Shown one piece after another: positions 7,742 through 11,011 of a DNA stretch of 11,011 nt; within the stretch, counting starts at the first letter, position 1; each line of letters opens with the position of its first letter. Both the position numbers and the translations under genes were made by a program. The DNA is from a bacterium (GTDB lineage: Bacteria > RBG-13-61-14 > DATKZS01): assembly GCA_046484135.1 (NCBI GenBank), contig JAWOBU010000114.1, positions 1 to 11,011 on the forward strand, in the 5' to 3' direction. Below the pieces are notes generated by a model that worked only from the letters and a program-made list of their open reading frames with translations, ran no database searches and had not been told where the DNA came from.

Positions 7742-8839
7742 ATGCCTCTTGTCCAGATAGACCGCAGGTCCATCGCCAACTTCGACCTGCTTTTGTTCCT
7801 GCTCGTGATCGGCCTGAACGGGATCGGCATCCTTAACCTGGGAAGCGCCGCCGGCGGCGAAGGGCTGTGGAAGGCCCAGCTCTATCGCTTCCTCCTAAGC
7901 CTCCTGCCTTTTGCCGTAGTCATCGGCGTCAGTTACAGCAACTTCGAGAAGCTGACGCCGCTCATATACATCCTTTCCCTGGCCCTCCTCGTAGGCGTGC
8001 TCTTCTTCGGCCGGCAGATAGGCGGCGCCCGGAGCTGGTACGACTTCGGGTTTATCCGGCTCCAGCCCTCGGAGTTTGTCAAGATAGCCATAATTCTCGT
8101 GGTCGCCAGGATATACCATCGCTACCGGGGAAGTTCGCCGTGGGGCCTTCGCGACTTGATCCTCCCCCTGGTTCTTATCCTGGCGCCCGTGGCTTCCATA
8201 CTCAAGGAGCCGGACATGGGCACCGCCCTTATCATCCTTCTTTTCTCCGGCACCATGCTGCTCTTTATCGGGATAAAAGGAAGAATTATCGTCACCGCCG
8301 TCATCATCGCCCTGGTCTCTTTCTACCCGGCCTGGAAATGGGGTCTAAAGGAACATCAAAAAGAGAGGATCCTTACCTTTGTCTACCCGGAACGCGACGC
8401 CATGGGCGCCGGATACCACAGCCTCCAGTCCAAGATCGCCATCGGCTCCGGCGGGCTCTTCGGCAAGGGCTACAAGCACGGCACCATACACATGCTCAGG
8501 TTTCTGCCCGAGCAGCAGACCGACTTCGTGTTCAGCGTGTGGGCGGAGGAATGGGGGTTTGTATGGGTCGCCGGGGTCCTGATCTTGTATTTTCTGCTCA
8601 TCTTCCGGGGCCTCCAGGCCGCCCGGGAGGCCAAGGACAGGTTCGGACTAATGATCGCGGTCGGCGGGGTCGCCCTGATCTTCTGGCACACCTTTATTAA
8701 CGTGGCCATGGTGGTGGGACTGTTCCCGGTAATCGGCGTGCCCCTCCCCTTCATGTCCTATGGAGGATCAAACCTTATAACCTTTATGATCGCAGTGGGA
8801 CTGATCATAAACGTAAGAATGAGAAAGTACTACTTCTGA
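7742..8839 (+). CDS. rodA: Rod shape-determining SEDS peptidoglycan glycosyltransferase RodA
   Basis: GARSW, LQPSEFVK, EPDMGTA, GAGYHSLQSKIAIGSGG..GKG, FLPEQQTDFVFSVWAEEWGF and GVPLPFMSYGGS motifs, with ~10 TM segments. Confidence 0.95.
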   Translation: MPLVQIDRRSIANFDLLLFLLVIGLNGIGILNLGSAAGGEGLWKAQLYRFLLSLLPFAVVIGVSYSNFEKLTPLIYILSLALLVGVLFFGRQIGGARSWYDFGFIRLQPSEFVKIAIILVVARIYHRYRGSSPWGLRDLILPLVLILAPVASILKEPDMGTALIILLFSGTMLLFIGIKGRIIVTAVIIALVSFYPAWKWGLKEHQKERILTFVYPERDAMGAGYHSLQSKIAIGSGGLFGKGYKHGTIHMLRFLPEQQTDFVFSVWAEEWGFVWVAGVLILYFLLIFRGLQAAREAKDRFGLMIAVGGVALIFWHTFINVAMVVGLFPVIGVPLPFMSYGGSNLITFMIAVGLIINVRMRKYYF

Positions 8840-8883
8840 AGAAAGGCCTTCCCAAAAGTTTTCCCTTCTATAAGAGGCCGACT

Positions 8884-8975
8884 TATAAACTCAGAATCGC
8901 TCCGGGGTGCTTCACTGTGCGGGTTGTGGCCGTTTATGTCCTTGACGTGTCCGGAAGTGGAAGACGTAAAAATGG
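8884..8975. repeat. Direct repeat copy 2 (att arm-like sequence downstream of the tRNA-Ser fragment)
   Basis: 80/92 identical to 1010-1101 at a constant offset of 7874 nt. Confidence 0.95.
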
Positions 8976-9000
8976 CGGAGAGCGAGGGATTCGAACCCTC
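8973..9000 (-). pseudogene. 3'-terminal 28-nt fragment of a tRNA (probably tRNA-Ser), att core
   Basis: Reverse complement GAGGGTTCGAATCCCTCGCTCTCCGCCA = T-arm, acceptor 3' strand GCTCTCC, G discriminator and CCA, typical of bacterial tRNA-Ser. 9001-9060 gives no anticodon arm, D-arm or matching 5' acceptor strand. Confidence 0.85.
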
Positions 9001-9057
9001 CGGAATCATTGAAGAAAATCCGGTCAAAGCAGGACAGATCAATGACAACAACGGCAT

Positions 9058-9729
9058 CATGTTATCAAGCATAATCACATCCGCGCCTGCCGCCAGTGCG
9101 GCCTCGACTTGCCGGAGATTTTCGGTTTCCACTTCAATGCGGATCAGGTGAGATACCCGGCCGCGAACGCGCTGCACGGCAGGCGCAATGCCGCCGCAGG
9201 CGGCAATATGGTTGTCCTTGATCAGAACGCCGTCATACAGGCCCATTCTGTGGTTGCACGCGCCGCCCACCCGAACGGCGTATTTTTCCAGCACCCGCCA
9301 TCCCGGAACCGTCTTCCGGGTATCTGTCAGCCGGATGCCGGATTTCGGCAGCGTGTCCACATAGGTCCGTACGTGGGTGGCAATGCCGGAGATGCGCTGG
9401 AGAAAGTTCAGGGCAATGCGTTCGCCAGCCAGAAGGGTTTGCATATCGCTTTTCAGCTCCGCAACCACGTCTTGCGGGTCCGCCCACGCGCCCTCCTCGA
9501 CCCGGGCATGAAAGGATATGTTGGCGTCAAGGGCTTCATATACCCGCCGGGCCACATCAAGCCCGGCGATCACCAGCGGCTCGTTGGCCACGATCCGGGC
9601 CTGACCGGCAGCATGGCCAAGGCCGAGCGGTTCTGTGGTAATGTCGCCATGGCCGATGTCTTCTGCAATTGCCAGTTCGATCAGCTGGTCCACGGCGCGG
9701 GAAACCGGCATTTCAAAAGGATGCGTCAT
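9058..9729 (-). pseudogene. nadC: C-terminally truncated quinolinate phosphoribosyltransferase (nicotinate-nucleotide pyrophosphorylase)
   Basis: AEDIGHGDITT, GERIALNFLQRISGIAT, DTRKTVPG, HRMGLYDGVLIKDNH, IEVE and ADVIMLDNM are present. Homology stops at residue ~224, and the ExSGG and ISxGxLTHS motifs are absent. The frame reads on through att-like DNA to a stop at 8830. Confidence 0.9.
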
Positions 9730-11011
9730 GACTGGTGCGATTCAATGGCTTTGATTTTTTCCAGATTGCTCCGGAGCTTTTCGCGCTTTTCCGCCTCTTC
9801 TTCGTACTGGCGCCGGACCTGCTCGACCACCGAAGCCGGGGCCTTGGATAAAAATCCCGGATTTTCCAGTTTTTTGCCCAGCCCGGCCATGTCCTTGTCC
9901 AGCTTGGCGATCTCCTTGTCCAGGCGCTCGATTTCCTTTGAAAAATCAATTACGCCCTCCAGGTAGACAGATACCGCGGCATCCGCCACAATGGCGGTCG
10001 CAGAACCGCCCGGCTTTTCCCCGGCTTTCTCAACAGTCAGCTCCTGCAGCCGGGCCAGCGTTGAGATCATATTCAGATGATTTTTGATGGTTTCGCGGGT
10101 TTTGGGTTCTTCGGCCTGCACCAGCACGGACAGCGCCGTCGAAGGGGCGATATTCATCTCCCCGCGGATGTTTCGCACGGAAGTGACAACGCCCATGATC
10201 AGTTCCATGTCGGCTTCTGCCGCCGGGTCCACGGAAATCTCCGGGTATCGGGGATCTTCTCCGGCAAAGCATGTGGTCATGATCGAATCCCGCGTACCGG
10301 GCAGTTTATGCCAGATTTCTTCTGTGACAAACGGGATAAACGGGTGCAGCAGAATCAGGGTATCATGAAGCACCCGCCAGAGCGCGGCCCTGGAAGCCTG
10401 TTGCGCATTGTCATCAAGATTGCCGTAAAGCGCCGGCTTGACCGCCTCCAGGTACCAGTCGCAGAATTCGTGCCATACAAACCGATACAGGGTATTGGCC
10501 CCGTCATTGAAATGGTAGCCGTCCAGGGCCTGGCTGACCCCGTCAATGGTTCGCTTCAGCCGGGATAAAATCCACCGGTCCGGCAAAGAAAGCTTTTCCG
10601 GGTCAAATTCGGGATGGGCCGTTGTGATGTGCATGAAGGAAAAGCGCGCGGCATTCCAGAGCTTGTTGATAAAATGCCGGTAGCCCTCGATGCGCTTTTC
10701 CGAGAGCTTGATATCCCTGCCCTGGGCGGCAAACGCGGCCAGGGTAAAACGCAGGGAATCGGTGCCGTAATTTTCGATCACGTCCATGGGGTCAATCACG
10801 TTGCCGTAGGACTTGCTCATCTTCTTGCCGTCTTCGTCCCGGACCAGGGCATGGACATAGACGTCGTAAAACGGTACCTCTTCCATGAAGTGAATGCCCA
10901 TCATCATCATCCGGGCCACCCAGAAAAACAGGATGTCAAACCCGGTCACCAGCACGGAGGTGGGATAGAATATGTCCAGCAGATCGGTTTTCTCCGGCCA
11001 GCCCATTGTGG
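9726..11011 (-). CDS. valS: Valine--tRNA ligase (5'-partial, C-terminal ~428 aa)
   Basis: FYPTSVLVTGFDILFFWVARM, KMSKS, F.NKLWNAARF, EFCDWYLE, LHPFIPFVTEEIW and the C-terminal coiled coil with NPGFLSKAP. The stop overlaps the nadC start (ATGA). The frame continues beyond the window. Confidence 0.98.
   Translation of the reverse strand, partial: TMGWPEKTDLLDIFYPTSVLVTGFDILFFWVARMMMMGIHFMEEVPFYDVYVHALVRDEDGKKMSKSYGNVIDPMDVIENYGTDSLRFTLAAFAAQGRDIKLSEKRIEGYRHFINKLWNAARFSFMHITTAHPEFDPEKLSLPDRWILSRLKRTIDGVSQALDGYHFNDGANTLYRFVWHEFCDWYLEAVKPALYGNLDDNAQQASRAALWRVLHDTLILLHPFIPFVTEEIWHKLPGTRDSIMTTCFAGEDPRYPEISVDPAAEADMELIMGVVTSVRNIRGEMNIAPSTALSVLVQAEEPKTRETIKNHLNMISTLARLQELTVEKAGEKPGGSATAIVADAAVSVYLEGVIDFSKEIERLDKEIAKLDKDMAGLGKKLENPGFLSKAPASVVEQVRRQYEEEAEKREKLRSNLEKIKAIESHQS

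Noticed and set aside
1010..8975. CRISPR array or IS terminal repeats
   Set aside because: Only two copies 7.9 kb apart in direct orientation, with no spacers, cas genes or transposase in the window.
8973..9065. Full-length or intron-containing tRNA-Ser
   Set aside because: No anticodon arm, D-arm or complementary GGAGAG 5' acceptor strand is visible at the expected distance. Only the 3' 28 nt are tRNA-like.
8830..9729. 299-aa ORF of normal NadC length taken as intact nadC
   Set aside because: The length is coincidental. The last 75 aa are translated att/tRNA/repeat DNA and lack the conserved NadC C-terminal motifs.
3413..10568. Long alternative-frame ORFs (3413-4144 -, 5929-6891 -, 6991-7710 +, 7867-8700 +, 9109-9966 +, 10077-10568 +)
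   Set aside because: They overlap well-supported genes, lack recognisable motifs, and are expected shadow ORFs in GC-rich DNA.

Overview
Window of Deltaproteobacteria-like (Desulfobacterota/Myxococcota-type) DNA in three parts. (1) 1-1098: the edge of a lower-GC, probably integrated element. It holds a partial ORF, a stand-alone M41-like peptidase and a small 'DPDL' ORF, and abuts the 3' end of an intact tRNA-Leu(GAG) (1099-1185, - strand). (2) 1244-8839: a housekeeping/envelope block of secG, an acidic tgl-associated protein, a Tgl/PilF TPR lipoprotein, rodZ, a TPR-peptidase MA protein, a nitroreductase and an orphan rodA. (3) 9058-11011: partial valS and a nadC that breaks off after about 224 codons. 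The main non-coding signal is a 92-bp ungapped direct repeat (1010-1101 vs 8884-8975, 80/92 identical by hand alignment). One copy follows the intact tRNA-Leu and the other follows a 28-bp tRNA-Ser 3' fragment with an identical T-stem. The tRNA-Ser fragment has 10-11-bp-phased GGACAC-like motifs on both sides in inverted orientation, which resembles a tyrosine-integrase attP-like site, and it ends almost exactly where nadC is broken. No integrase gene lies in the window, and an assembly chimera at about 9055 cannot be excluded.
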